DNA of 63,944 nt, counting the filler, from Thelocarpon superellum (taxonomy: Eukaryota): NCBI GenBank assembly GCA_026025795.1. It is 7 parts of 7 records of this genome, joined end to end, with 100 filler letters (N's around TTAATTAATTAA, not from the genome) between each part and the next. Parts side by side here need not be neighbours in the genome. Positions count along the whole stretch, not along the records: positions 29,378 to 38,961 come from JAPEUG010000559.1; positions 39,062 to 48,628 come from JAPEUG010000560.1; 5 more parts are not named here. One strand, given 5' to 3'. The notes under the pieces were generated by a model. That model ran no database searches. It was not told the origin of the DNA and worked only from the letters and a program-made list of their open reading frames with translations. The position numbers and the translations under genes are program-made. Shown one piece after another: positions 34,814 through 47,350 of the stretch (position 1 is the first letter of the stretch; each line of letters begins with the position of its first letter).

Positions 34814-35547
34814 TCATTGCTTGCCCCAGGCCAAGTTGAAGCGGCCCTTGGAGACGACGTAGCCGCGCAGGGCCTCTACCACCTCCGTCGCGGTCTTGGC
34901 CTCGATCATGATGTTCTGGTTGCTCTTCCCGATGAAGCCAGCGTCCACGGCATTGGCTACCCACTGCAGCAGCCCGTCATAGTAGCCCTCAACGTTGAAG
35001 ACGACGATGCCGCGCTCGTGAATGCCCAGCTGATTCCACGTCACCACCTCCATCAGCTCCTCCATCGTGCCGTAGCCGCCGCTCAGGGCCACAAAGCCAC
35101 CGCCGGGACCGCCGTCCATCACCTCGCGCGCCATGAGCTGCTTGCGCGTGTGCATGTCCGGCACCACCGTCGTCCGGCCGTAGACGGCCTCGTCGATCGC
35201 CCGGTCGGGGCCCTGCTCGAAGAGCATCAGCGGCTCTGGCACGATGCCATGCACCGCACTGGGGCCGGAGAGGGACACGAGCGTCTGGGCCACCTCGGCC
35301 ATCATACCCGGCCCGCCGCCATAGACCAATTTGAGCCCTTGCGCGTGCAGGGTCTCCCCCAGGGCGCGGGCCGCCGCCAGATGTGCCGGAGACTTTCCCG
35401 GTGATGAGCCACAACTGGACTAGTGTCAGGCGCGTGGTTACACCGAGTCGGACCTCGCACTCGTACGACTTACAAGACGCAGACCGTCGGCGACTTGGCC
35501 GACGCGGGGTCTGGAGTGGATACGGACGACACGACGGGCGACCTCAT
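34814..35547 (-). CDS. LOG-family nucleotide phosphoribohydrolase (lysine decarboxylase-like fold)
   Basis: VCVL|CGSSPG, LVYGGG, MHTRK, SGGYGTMEE, TWNQLGIH; one intron. Confidence 0.92.
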
Positions 35548-36232
35548 CCTCGCTTTCTCCTGTACAAGATGATACAAGGCCCTTTCAGATGGGTGCACAC
35601 GTCTGACCAAGATTGACAAGGAGCGTGGAGGGAGTGTATGGTGCGGAATTCTACCATGCGTAGCCAAGTCGACGGTGCTGACGGAGTCGCTGGGGCGGTC
35701 CTGGGGTGGTCGGTCCTTGCAGCACTGGGCGATCAACGTGGTTCTTGCACTGGTACGATGGATGGCCTGGACGATAGCCGCCCCAAGTGAGGCCGATAAG
35801 TAAAGAAAGAGCGAATAGGGAATTACGACACAGTCTCGTTGTTTGGATTCTAATGCAGCAACCGTGATTCCGGTGCCGGATCGTTGCAGTAGTAGCAGTA
35901 GCTGGATCTATGTCTGTACGACGAGTCCTAACTGCGCTGATGCCAACGTTCAGGTACGGTACCAAGTACGGGAGAGCTTCGTGCAGCCTGCAGTGCTAGT
36001 GACTTCAGGTGCCTCTCTAACTGCAGTGGAGATTCTGGGACTCGCCCGTGTGATTGGATCCACGTAACCCGGAGATCCCCGTCATACCCTCAACCAGCCG
36101 TCAGGCGGCGACCGAAGCGTCGTGGTCTTCAACTTTCTGTCTGCCGAACTTTGGGCATGTTCACGCTTCCGCATCATCACCATCCGGCCACACGCCATCA
36201 CCAGCCGGGAATACTCTGGCGCATCGCCCAGC

Positions 36233-38600
36233 ATGCCTCAAGCTGCGCGTGCACAGGAGGAGGATTCGGGCACGAGCGTGAGTAATTGGTGCTGTCTTTT
36301 CCCGACCGCACTGGAGATACTATCTCGTGGGGTGATCAGGCTCGTGCTGACATCCCTTCAGCCGATCCTCCGGTCTGCGCTCCAGGGCATCGCCTTGTTC
36401 GCCTTTGGTCAGTTCGTCTTGAAGATGCTTACGGGTGGAACCTCGTCGACCTCGACACCGGGCACGACCCCGTCAGCCGGGAGCTCGGTGGTCCCTGCTT
36501 GGGAGGTCCGGCCGGATGGCCTGAGCCCGGATGCGAGCTACAACCCCATTCCTCAATTCGTTGCGCCCATATGGCAGGTGGACACACCCATGGATATCAG
36601 CATCTACGTGTCTCCGTCTCTGGTCATCCCCCCCCTGGCCTCGATGCCATCCGAGTCCTTGGTGCTGGAAGAGAAGAGCTTTCGACTGGGTGACGGAAAG
36701 GATCATCGCGAAGTCGATGCAGAGTTCGAGGTACCCATCGAGGTCCAGAATAATGGCACCCTCTGGGCCCACTTCTTTGTTGCAGTCTCCGGCAATGTAT
36801 TGGACCCGTCAAGTGAAGGATATGACCGGTCAAAGGCCTACACCTTCTCTCGACCGCTGAACCAATACCTCGTCAAGAAGAAAGTGGCCAAGACGAAGAA
36901 GCTCTTGGGGGCCGCAGAGGAGACGGAAGAGGCCGAGGTGGAGGAGACCCCGACTTCTGGTCGGATCATCTCGTCCTACTATCACCCCAACTTTACGGCG
37001 TCATTCATCCCCGACTCGGGCACCATGAAGTATCCCACGGTGCACCCAGCCGTGCGGCAGTTTCTCCACCTGGAGAGCAGTGGTGCACGCGATGGAACCG
37101 GCCAGAATGGCTGGTACTATCCCGTCGTGTTCGTCAACACCTTCTGGCAGCTGCGTGACCACATGACGGAGTTGAACTCGACGGTGAAGCGACTGCCGAT
37201 GCACATCAGCCTCAACAACCTGGCCAACTGGAAGTTCAGCATCATCGCCAGCATCGATGAGGGCGTCAAGCAGAACCAGCGACAGGTGGCCGCGGGCGGT
37301 TCGATGCCCGCGGGCGGTGACGGCAGCGAGTTTGAGATGTTCAAGTCGATCTTGCTGGACACCAACATCTACCTGTTGGGAACGACGGTGGTGGTCAGCA
37401 TCTTGCACATGGTGTTTGAGATGCTTGCATTCAAGAGCGACATTGTGAGTGGAGACGTCTGTGGCAATGGCGGTGGGAGTGAGAGCCATCGCACTAACGG
37501 ACTCAGTCACACTGGCGGAACAAAAAGGACAACGTCGGCGTGTCGGTCCGCACCATTCTCGCCAACGTCTTCATGCAACTCATCATCTTCCTGTATCTGC
37601 TGGACAACAGCGATGGCACGTCATACATGATCCTGTTCGGTCAAGGCTTCGGCATCCTACTCGAGGCGTGGAAGATCACCAAGACAGTCGACGTACGCGT
37701 CCGCCCTACGCCCGCCGGCTCTCTGCTACCGTACCACATCGCGTTCGAAGACAAGCACAAGCTATCGGAGACGGAAGAGAAGACGAAGGAGTACGACGAG
37801 ATTGCCTTTCGATATCTGTACATGGTCGCCGTGCCTCTGTTGGCCGCGTACGCCGTGTACAGCGTCCTGTACGAGACGCACAAAGGGTGGTATAGCTTCA
37901 TCATCACGACCCTAGTGGGGAGTGTCTACGCCTACGGATTTCTGATGATGGTGCCGAGTCTGTACATCAACTATCGATTGAAGGTGGGCATTTCATTCCC
38001 GGTCTGCAGCGTGATCGGAAGAGTCTCATGTCATCTAACGTCAGCACAGAGCGTGGCGCACATGCCCGCGAAAGCAATGACGTACAAATTCCTGAACACG
38101 TTCATTGTGAGTGAGCTATCTTGCCGATGGCTGCTTCTACCAGTCGTGATGAAGTGACTGACAGAAGGGACCAGGACGATCTCTTCGCATTCACGATCAA
38201 GATGCCTACGTTGCACCGTCTGGCCACTCTCCGGGACGACGTGTCAGTCAACCCCCCACTTATCTCCTTACCGGACAGATGGGCGAGTAGATGAAGAGAC
38301 TGACGAGTATGACGGGACAGGATCTTTTTTATCTACCTCTACCAAGGCTGGAAATACAAGGTCGACTACACGCGCGTCAACGAGTTTGGACAGGGCGGTG
38401 ACGACGAGGGCGAAGCTGGCGCCACCGGCACGAAAGAAGGTGCAGACGGGAAGCAGGACAAGGGGAAGAAGGAGGTCACTTCGGAAGCCGAAGCCGAGGT
38501 GCCTCCGACTACTTCGCCTGCGACGGTGGGAGAAGGGGCAGCAGGAGGGGTGAGCTCGGGCAAAGACGGGACAGCAGAAAGCGTCAAGAAGCGCAAGTGA
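36233..38600 (+). CDS. CLPTM1-family membrane protein (putative lipid scramblase)
   Basis: VQNNGTLWAH, YYPVVFVNTFWQLR, LLDTNIYLL, FEMLAFKSDI, PSLYINYRLKSVAHMP, DDLFAF, RVNEFGQ; multiple introns. Confidence 0.93.
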
Positions 38601-38961
38601 TTTGGTGGGCATGCGTGCGTGTATGTGCATGCGTACTGACGCACCCCGGTTATTCCACTGGAGATGGGTGTCTATTCTACGGATGCTATACGCCGTTCTA
38701 ATATACAGCTTTTGTGGGTCACGTGAGGCGGCTTACTCAGGAGCCTCAAGCTCCCGTATGGAGCCTCCACAGTACGTGTGCGTGCATCTGTAAGGGCATG
38801 GCATGGCATGGTATGATTGTATAGATATGATATGTACAGCTCTCCCTTGCCCCTGCGTTCTCCTCTTCCATCATGTAGAAGCTGTCGATGCACCACCCAG
38901 TAACTCCTGCACGCCATACGTTGGCCCTTGGGGATCAGCATATGCGTTGTCGTATGCGGGG

Positions 38962-39061
38962 NNNNNNNNNNNNNNNNNNNNNNNNNNNNNNNNNNNNNNN
39001 NNNNNTTAATTAATTAANNNNNNNNNNNNNNNNNNNNNNNNNNNNNNNNNNNNNNNNNNNN
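38962..39061. other. Artificial contig linker
   Basis: 44N-TTAATTAATTAA-44N. Confidence 0.98.
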
Positions 39062-40167
39062 AGCGTGGTCCGCTCGGATTCGCTCTGCATGATCTCCGCC
39101 GACGTGCCCGCAATCTGGATCATGATCTCGCTCTGCCGGTTGAGGTTCTCCAAGCGGGCGATGACGGCCGGCGCCTGTCCTTCCCTTGGGTTGTTCAACT
39201 CCAAGGACGGCCCATTGCGAGTGGAGAGCGCCAGCAGACCGGGGCTGAGGCGCGTCGCATACCGCTCGCGAGTGATGACGTGCCGGGTGGAGGGGTGACC
39301 AGCGAGCGTGTGCACGAACTTCAAGGCGGGCGCATACACGGCCTGTCGGGCCCCCACATCGGCCACGGAGTCGTTCCGCCAGAGTTCACCCAGCTTGTCC
39401 GTGAAGAGGCTGAGTTTCAACGCCGCCAAGAGCGTCGGTGGTGGGGACTCGTCAAAGGCGCTGGTCTTGTTGCGCGACCGCCGCGGCACCAGCTCGCACA
39501 AGAGCGACAGGAGCGATGTGAGGAGGCCGTCCGTCAGGTGGTCCGAGGATTGAAAATCGATCGACCTCCTCGATCGACCGCGGGGGCGCATGGGTAGACC
39601 GTCCTCATCAAACTGGAACATTCCCTCTGAGAAGGAGCCTCCATCCTCATATCCTTTCCCCTTGCTGCGACGTGGTCCGGCCCGCTGTCGGGCGCGCGCG
39701 GCTTCCTCCAGCTTGACCGCGGTATTTTCTTGTGTGATCAGCTCCACCTGGTCGTACCGCGCTAGGAGGAGCCAGATGGCGAAGAGGCGACCTTGATCGC
39801 AGCACCAGTCCAGCATGCCCGCCGCGGTGTCGACGACGTTGGCCTCGACCGTCACCCTCTTCCCGCACCCGAGGCACGTCGAGCTGCGACATGACCCGTT
39901 GTGGCACAGCACCGCGCAGATGGAGGTGGTCAGCGGTGATGAAGCGCCCGTGGAAGGTGCGACGGCATCGGTTCAGGTTGCGAGGTGTTTCTTGGGATCG
40001 ATCCCGCCACCTACCGCGGCGTTACATTTGTAGCACTTGGTCGCCGTGACCCGGTCAAAGAAGTCCTGGAGGTGTCTCAGGCTCTCTTGGACCTCGAAGG
40101 GGAGGGTGTTTGAAGGACCCGAGGTGGAGGATGGACCTCCAATCGTCAGCTTCTGGAAGCGATCCAT
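39062..40167 (-). CDS. N-terminal part of a Cys-rich protein resembling fungal BIRC6-like ubiquitin-conjugating enzymes (3' truncated)
   Basis: CxxC (CYKC), C...C....TCLGCG, WCCDQGRLFAIW, GKGY, RNDSVAD..R..VY. The UBC domain itself is not in the window. Confidence 0.55.
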
Positions 40168-40762
40168 GACATTCGCGGTCTGAGCCGTAGTCTGAGGGAG
40201 GAAGGAAGAGCCAGAAGATGTGGATCGGGCGGGCCGGCCAAGGGAGATAGATATTCAAGGAGCACATGATGTAGGCTCCATCGGCGGCCTGGTGAACGTC
40301 ATCAACAATGCACTTCGCACTGAACACGATCTAACGGTGGTGAGCTGGCACATATGATGTCGCAGGGATCGCACAATGGTGGGAAGAACAACGCCGCATG
40401 TGTCAGGTCGCAAGGGCTGCCACATGGAAGAGTCGGATGTACGGCGACCAAGGATCGAGAAATGTCACGAAACGTAGCCCACGAGATGTTGGAAGCCAAT
40501 TTGCAGCTTGTCCTTTGTCACATCGCATCACTGGACGGGGCCGGGTTGGCCACCAGTGATGCGTCTTGTGCAAAAGCAGCCGCGGGCACAGGGCGAAGAT
40601 GACAGCTTCGTCCTCGCTCCCCTCTCCTGGACTTCATGTACATGACTCATGACCCACAGATGGGACTCGTGCGGCGGTTCTCAAAGCACTCCAGGGCACC
40701 ACGGACGATTGCCCGTGCAGCTGCTACAGTCGCACTGTCTCGCTATTAGGATCAGTCCCGTT

Positions 40763-40883
40763 GCGTGTGGGATTGCCTGCGTGTGGGATTGCCTGCGTGT
40801 GGGATTGCCTGCGTATAGGTGGCCTGCCTGTAGGGTTGCCTGCCTGTGGGATTGCCTGCCTGTAGGATTGCCTGCCCGTGGGA
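40763..40883. repeat. Degenerate ~16-nt minisatellite (GCGTGTGGGATTGCCT), ~7.5 copies
   Basis: First three units identical, later units diverge; ends ~85 nt before the eIF2D ATG. Confidence 0.9.
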
Positions 40884-40967
40884 AACGATCGAGGCTCCGG
40901 GCGACGGAACCGAAGGTCGAGCACGCCACCAAGCTGCCCCACCTACCCCACCGACCCCACCAACGAG

Positions 40968-43120
40968 ATGTTCAAGAAGAAGCCGGCGGTGAGTCTCCGA
41001 CACGACGGACGGACCCCTGCCGTGCTCGGGCTGAATCTCCGAAGATCAAGCCGCTTTCGCCGCTTCGATCGTCGGACCGGCGGAAACTGGCGGAGCAGAT
41101 CATCAGGGATTTCCACGTCCAGCTGCCCGCCGCGGGAACCGAGGCCGGCGACGGCAAGCCCGTCGGCGGCGAGGGCAGTCATGGCAGCGTCTCGAGCATT
41201 CGAAACGCTCTGGTGCCCGAGAACAGCCAGGCTGCTCGGTTTACGACCACGGCGGGGCCCAAGCTGAAGGTGGTGTCGGGCACGGTCTACGTCGGGCCCT
41301 ACGCCGGACCGGATCTGCGCATCCTCTGGGTGAAGGTGGACGAGCGCATGTATCCGACTGGTAGGACGACCAAGCATACGGTGGCGAGGCAAAGAGGAAG
41401 TGCTGGCTCTAATGGTCTCAGTCTACACCCTGTGGCAGAATCCCGGCCTGCTTCCCCTGCTGCATACCCCATCCACGGTCCTGCACAAGATCCGCGGGGG
41501 TGCGGACTTGATGACCCCGGGGCTGGCGCGAGGACCGCCCTTCCCGGCGGCCGCGGTCCAAGGCGCCGTGGTCGCCATCGCCAGTCTCGAGGAGCCGGGG
41601 GTTCCCTTGGCCGTGGGCGTGTGTGAGATTGACGTGTCGGCCCTCCACAATGTCCGCGGGGAGAAGGGCCGGGCCGTGAGTGGGTTTCAGTGGGAAGGCG
41701 ACGAGCTCTGGGGGTGGAGTTTGGCTGGCAAGCCCGGTGTGGCCGCGCCGAGCCGCATCGAGGGATGGGATGTGGAGGACACTGACGGCCTGGGGCAAGA
41801 CGTGGCCCAAATCCATCTCCGTGATCACGGCAACGAAGATGGAGGGGCCCCACTCGCGAGAGAGGTCACGGCTGATCCCGCCGCGTCCGGCAATCGGTTC
41901 GTCCAGGGCGAAGATGCTCCCGTCTTCGAGCTGGTCGACGTGGAGGCAAAAGAAATGAGCCCCAAAGGTAGGCACGCCGTGTGGCAGCCAAGATCACTCC
42001 GCTAACGCCCGGGCCAGAGATCGACGAGACCTTCCTTCGAGCCTTTCTCTATGGCGTATACCACTACAAGTCGGCGCACGGGGATGCGCCAAGTCATGGC
42101 CTCAACTTTCCCCTTCCGTCATCGTTCGTCATGTCTGATCTCGTGCTCCCCTTCCTCCCCACCTTCTCTCCGACTCAAACAGCATCGTTGCAGATCAAGA
42201 AGACCAGCTGGAAGAATCTGAAGAAATTTATCAAGTTCCTCGACAAAGAGAAGCTGATCAGATCCAAGGAGCGGAATGGCGGCGAAACGGTCGTGCTGGA
42301 CGTCGACTTCGATGACGTCCGCGTCGTCAATTTCGCACCCTACTCGCTCCCGAAGAAAGAGAGCAGCCATGGGAAGGCGATGACGTCCGACACGGGCTCG
42401 GGCGATGCCTCCATCGGGCAGCAGCTGAAACAGCTCACCTTGTACCGGCCCAAGGAGAAGTTACGTCCCATCTTTGAAGCGTCGCAGCAGAGGTGCGTGG
42501 GCGCAGATCTGCGGGCAGGGTGCATCAAGTAATGGATGAGCAGCACCAAGCAGCTGTACTCGGCGAGCGACGTGCGACAGAGCGTGACGGCCTACATCGA
42601 TGCCGAGTTGTTGGCGGCGGCAAGCAACAAGCGGCTCGTGAAGCTCAACCCGGTCTTGGCGAATGCCGTCTTCGATACGACGTCGGCGCTGGACAAGGAA
42701 GCGCTCGTGAAAGGGGAAGCTCCTCGTGAGGTACTCATGGAGCGGGTACTGGCCGCGTGCGCTCCGTTTTGGGCCGTTCGGCGCGGCAACGAGAGCGCGG
42801 AGGAGGTCAAGCCCAAGGCGGGCGCGGCACCGTCGATCCACATCGTCCTGGAGACGCGGTCGGGCAACAAGACGGCGACGAGGGTGTCGGGCATCGAAGC
42901 CTACCACATCAGCCCGCAACGGCTGGCAGACGAGCTACAAAAGACGTGTGCGAGCTCCACGAGCGTGGGCCAGCTGGTGGGGAGCAGTCCGAAACAGCCC
43001 GTCATGGAGATTATGGTGCAGGGACCTCAGGACGAGGCTGTGATCAAGGCATTGGAGAAACGTGGAGTGAAACGGCCGTGGATCCAGGTGCTGGACAAGA
43101 CCAAGGGCAAGAAGCGATGA
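40968..43120 (+). CDS. TMA64: Translation factor eIF2D / ligatin (PUA, SWIB-like, SUI1 domains)
   Basis: MFKKKPA|IKPLSPLRSSDRRKL, GADLMTPGL, IKKTSWKNLKKFIK, ETRSGNKTATRVSG, LQKTCASSTSV, VQGPQ; four introns. Confidence 0.92.
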
Positions 43121-44041
43121 AAGCAGGGGGCATGTTCCGGGGGGGCACGTTCATGGGCACCGTGCTGAGACATCGGGGAGCAGGAACAATACACGCATCG
43201 TCTACGTAGACGCCCGTCTTAGTGGGTCCAGGCAGTCCGTCCCGGAGAAGGATCATCGATCGACGAGTGTGATGACCAACGTACATTGGAGACGGAGAAC
43301 AAAGAACGACGTGACGTGGGCGAGGAGGGGGGCCACAGGTGGTGAAGAGGCACGTGAGGAGACAGGGTGCAACGAAGCGAAAAGTGGATGGGAGATCTCC
43401 TCCTTTGCTGAGGACGAGCGAGGAGCGAGGAGCGAGGAGCGAGGTGCGAGGTCGGAGGAGCGAGAGCGAAGCTGACACATCCCTGCGCGCCTCGCCTCGT
43501 ATCGTGTCGTGTCGTCCCGTAGCTTATCAAATTGTTTCCGCGGCGAGCGCCCGAGGCCAATATCAGCGCCCACACGAGGTCAAGGGCTGCGCCAGCGACT
43601 CTGGATTGGGCAATTGATCGTCCCTTGCGTCCCTGCGACCAGAGATTCTCCGTCGCTCTTCACTCTTCGCTCTCTCCAGCCGGGAGCTCTCTTTTTTCCA
43701 TCCGGTCCCTCCGGCCTCCGCTCCCTCTGGATCGCTCTTTCGATAGCTCCGTCCGCCAACTCGAGCACACCGTCCTTACATTCGATGCCGAGTGTGCACC
43801 ATCCGACCCCGACGCGCTTCGGCATCCCGGCGCACAGAGGCCCACGCTTGGTGCAGACTCGGTGAGCTGGGCACCGGGTGACCTGGTGCGGCGTCGAGGA
43901 CCGGTGGAAGCGTGAAGGCTTGGCAGAGTGCGTCGTGGCCGCCCACGCCGGTGACGAAACTCCCTGTGCCCGTACCAACGCCCGTGCGGCCGGAGCGCTT
44001 CCGTCCATGGGACTGCCCACCGCGCTCCCCCGACCGTGAGA

Positions 44042-46652
44042 ATGACCGATGGTCGCAGCGAAGGCGGGCGCGACTGGAGGTGAGTACCCTGGGTCCCGCG
44101 CCAAGGGCACGCGTTGACGGGTGGAACAGGCGGAAGCTCTCGGCCTCGTCCGCCTCCACCAAACCCTCCAGCAAAGACGCGTCTCGTGCGAAGAATGGCA
44201 AGGCCATGGGGAATGATGCCGGCCTGAGCACCCCCATCAACGGCCGCCCGACCAATCTAGTCGTGCGACCGTCCACGGCGTCGTCGTCGACTTCAAAGTC
44301 CACCCCGTCCTCGAGGTCACGCCCCGACACGGACTCGCTCACACCGAGCACCCCGACTTCGATGGGTCCGTCGGGCGGCTTCCGCACCAACATCTTCCGA
44401 TCGGGCAAGGAACGATCGTCAGGCGCGAATGAATCCGCCGCTGCGGACCGGCGGAAGCTCAGCTCGGCCGGATCGTCGCCCCGCGAGGCCAAACTCCACA
44501 CCGGTCGCGAGCGAAGCCTCGGCGAACTGATCGATCCCGGCGTCGGACGCTCGCTGAGCGACACCTTGCGCGACGCTCAGTCGCCGAGCCCGCACGAGAT
44601 CACCAGCGGCGATCCCAGCGGCGAGGAGGATGTGCGCGAGGAGGGTCGCCGCGACGGCAAGCGGGGATCCGTCATTGAAAAGGTGGCGCAAAAGGCCAAG
44701 CTCGTCTTGCCGCGCAAGCGGGCCAAGGAGCTGGGCAAGTCGGAGAGCTCCAGGAGCCTGGCGGCCAAATCAACGGCATCCTCATCCTCCATGCAGTCGT
44801 CGCCGAGGTTGGATCTGCCCATCCAAGGCGAAGACCCCGACTCATCCTCAACCTCCTCCCCCGAAGAGGACGAGGACGAGGACGAGGACGAGGATGAGAT
44901 CGAGGAGGAGAATCAGGATGAAGATGAAGCCAACGGCGTGCTCGGCATCATCCGTTCCCGAGCCGGCTCATCACCCCGCGACCGCGCCCACGCCTCCACC
45001 GACGAAGACGGTGGATTGTCGCCCACCTCGCCAGCACGACGGGACGTGCACAAGCCCCTGTCCTCGCCCGACGAGGATACGCCAGGCAAGCATATCGTGC
45101 GACCACAGACGGTGCCTCCACGTCCCTCGCGCCCCGAGGACTTGTCCCAGAGTCAAAGTTCGAGCAGCGGCAAGGCGTCGACCCGGAAGGCTCGTCCGGC
45201 AGAGAAGGTGGCTGGCGCGTCCAAGGCGGCCGAGGCGGCCAAGGAGTCGTCCCCGCGCACGCTCCCTTTGCGGAATCAAAAGTCGGTCAACAGCCTGCAT
45301 CCGGCGCGGCAGAAGAAACCATCGATGAACTCCATCCGAGAGGTGTCGCTGTCGGCCTCACACGACGACGACACGGGCGGCATCTCCTCCCCGCGTGTGT
45401 CGAGCCACGCCAGCGCCGCGGCCGGCCGACCCAGTGCGCTTCGCGGCACCTCCGCCATGAAGATGAGTCCGTCGTCGACGGCGATGTCATCCAAGGCGAA
45501 TGCGACGCCGCCCGTGGAGCAGCGTGCGCCTCGCCGCGCGCAATCGAAGCCGCCCACCTTTGAGCCGCCGCTGCTCGATGCTGAGCGGAGCGGGAAGGTC
45601 GACCCGGCCCCGCCGACGGGCATGTATTGGTCCAAGGCGCCGTGCTATGGCTACGACCACGCCGCGCTGCGGGCGCACACGACGACGCTGATCGGCAGCA
45701 ACATCTACGTCTTTGGCGGGTGTGACGCCAAGGCCTGCTTCAACGAGCTGTATGTCTTTGACGCCGACTGCATGTTCTGGCAGACGCCCGAGTGCACGGG
45801 CGACCTCCCCCCGCCGCTGCGCGCCATGACCGCGACGGCCGTGGGCAAGAAGATTGTCATCTTTGGCGGCGGCGACGGCGCGACGTATTGCAACGACGTG
45901 TACATTCTCGACACCCTCAGCTTCCGCTACACCAAGGCGGTGGTGTCGGGCGGGTCGCCGTGCAAGCGGCGGGCGCACACGGCATGCCTGCAGCGGAACG
46001 GGCTGTACGTCTTTGGCGGCGGCGACGGCGAGCGGGCGCTGAACGACGTGTGGAAGCTGGATGTGTCGGACATGACGAAGCTGTCGTGGCGACTGATCAG
46101 CCCGCCGAGCAAAGCGTCCAACTCAGGCCGACCGACGGCGCGCGGCTACCACACGGCCAACATGGTGGGCACGAAGATGATCATCTTCGGCGGCTCGGAC
46201 GGAGTCGAGTGCTTCCGCGACGTGTGGATCTTTGACGTCGACACGCAGATCTGGCGCTTCGTCGACATCAAGCTGTCCTATCCGCGCCTCAGCCACTCGG
46301 CCACGGTGGTAGGCAGTTATCTGTTTGTCATTGGGGGCCACGACGGGGTCGAGTATTCCAGCGACGTGCTCCTGTTGAACCTCGTGACGATGCAATGGGA
46401 TCGTCGGAAGACGTACGGGTCCGCGCCCACGGGCCGAGGCTATCACGGCACGGTGCTGCACGATTCGCGGCTCTTTTCCATTGGCGGATTTGACGGGTGA
46501 GTGCTGGTGTTGCCACACTTCAGTGGGGAAAAGGGAAGCCAGCTGATGGGAGTGGACATGTTAGCAACACCGTCTTTGACGACACGTACGTGCTGGAATT
46601 GGCCGTCAGTGCGTATTTTTCGCAGATTTCGCACTTTACAATCGACGTGTGA
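44042..46652 (+). CDS. Kelch-repeat beta-propeller protein with long disordered Ser/acidic N-terminus
   Basis: First exon MTDGRSEGGRDW (intron 44080-44129); six kelch repeats (YVFGG, IFGGG, YVFGGG, IFGGS, VIGGH, SIGGF); last exon ends ...ELAVSAYFSQISHFTIDV. Confidence 0.88.
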
Positions 46653-46989
46653 GGCGGGAGTATATCCATGGCTTTCACGACACGGACGAGCCATCACCAC
46701 TCCCATCATCAGCATACCATTGCAGCGCTGCACCACCACCACCACCACCACCACCACTCACCACATCTCTCACTCCTCGCACGTCTCCCATATCTGTTTC
46801 TCTTGGAATTCTCTAAATCTCTACCACGACCACGACCACGACCATGATACGACGTCAATTGAACCGAATAGGAACGGACAGGAAGGAAGGGAACAGGACA
46901 GTACCAACGAAAGGAGGAGCGAAAAGAAGGAAAGCGGAAAGGCGCGGTGGATGGGCGGAGGACAAGTACCACTCATTACGGCAAAAAGA

Positions 46990-47088
46990 GAAGAAGAAGA
47001 AGAAGAAGAAGAAGAAGAAGAAGAAGAAGAAGAAGAAGAAGAAGAAGAAGAAGAAGAAGAAGAAGAAGAAGAAGAAGAAGAAGAAGAA
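46990..47088. repeat. (GAA)33 microsatellite
   Basis: Perfect trinucleotide run between convergent 3' ends. Confidence 0.98.
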
Positions 47089-47350
47089 GAGGAAAAGAAA
47101 AAAGGTCATAGGGGGGTGTTAGTGTGTTCTTTCAAGAAACCGGGGTGGCATCTTTGTGTGTTGGGGGGCATGGTTGGGATGTACGAAGTTCCGTCGTGGA
47201 AGAGGAAAGGAAGGAGAGCGAGACAGAAGAGTGGGATGTATCATAAGATACGACTTGTCACGGCCCGTCTGTCAATCAATGAATCAATCATCTCGTTCTT
47301 GACCATCACTGCTATCCTAGTACCCAGCTTCTCCACACATCCCATCCGCC

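Noticed and set aside
40763..40883. CRISPR-like array
   Set aside because: No unique spacers, no cas genes, eukaryotic context.
43415..43469. (GAGCGAG)n heptamer run
   Set aside because: Short degenerate simple repeat with no further structure.
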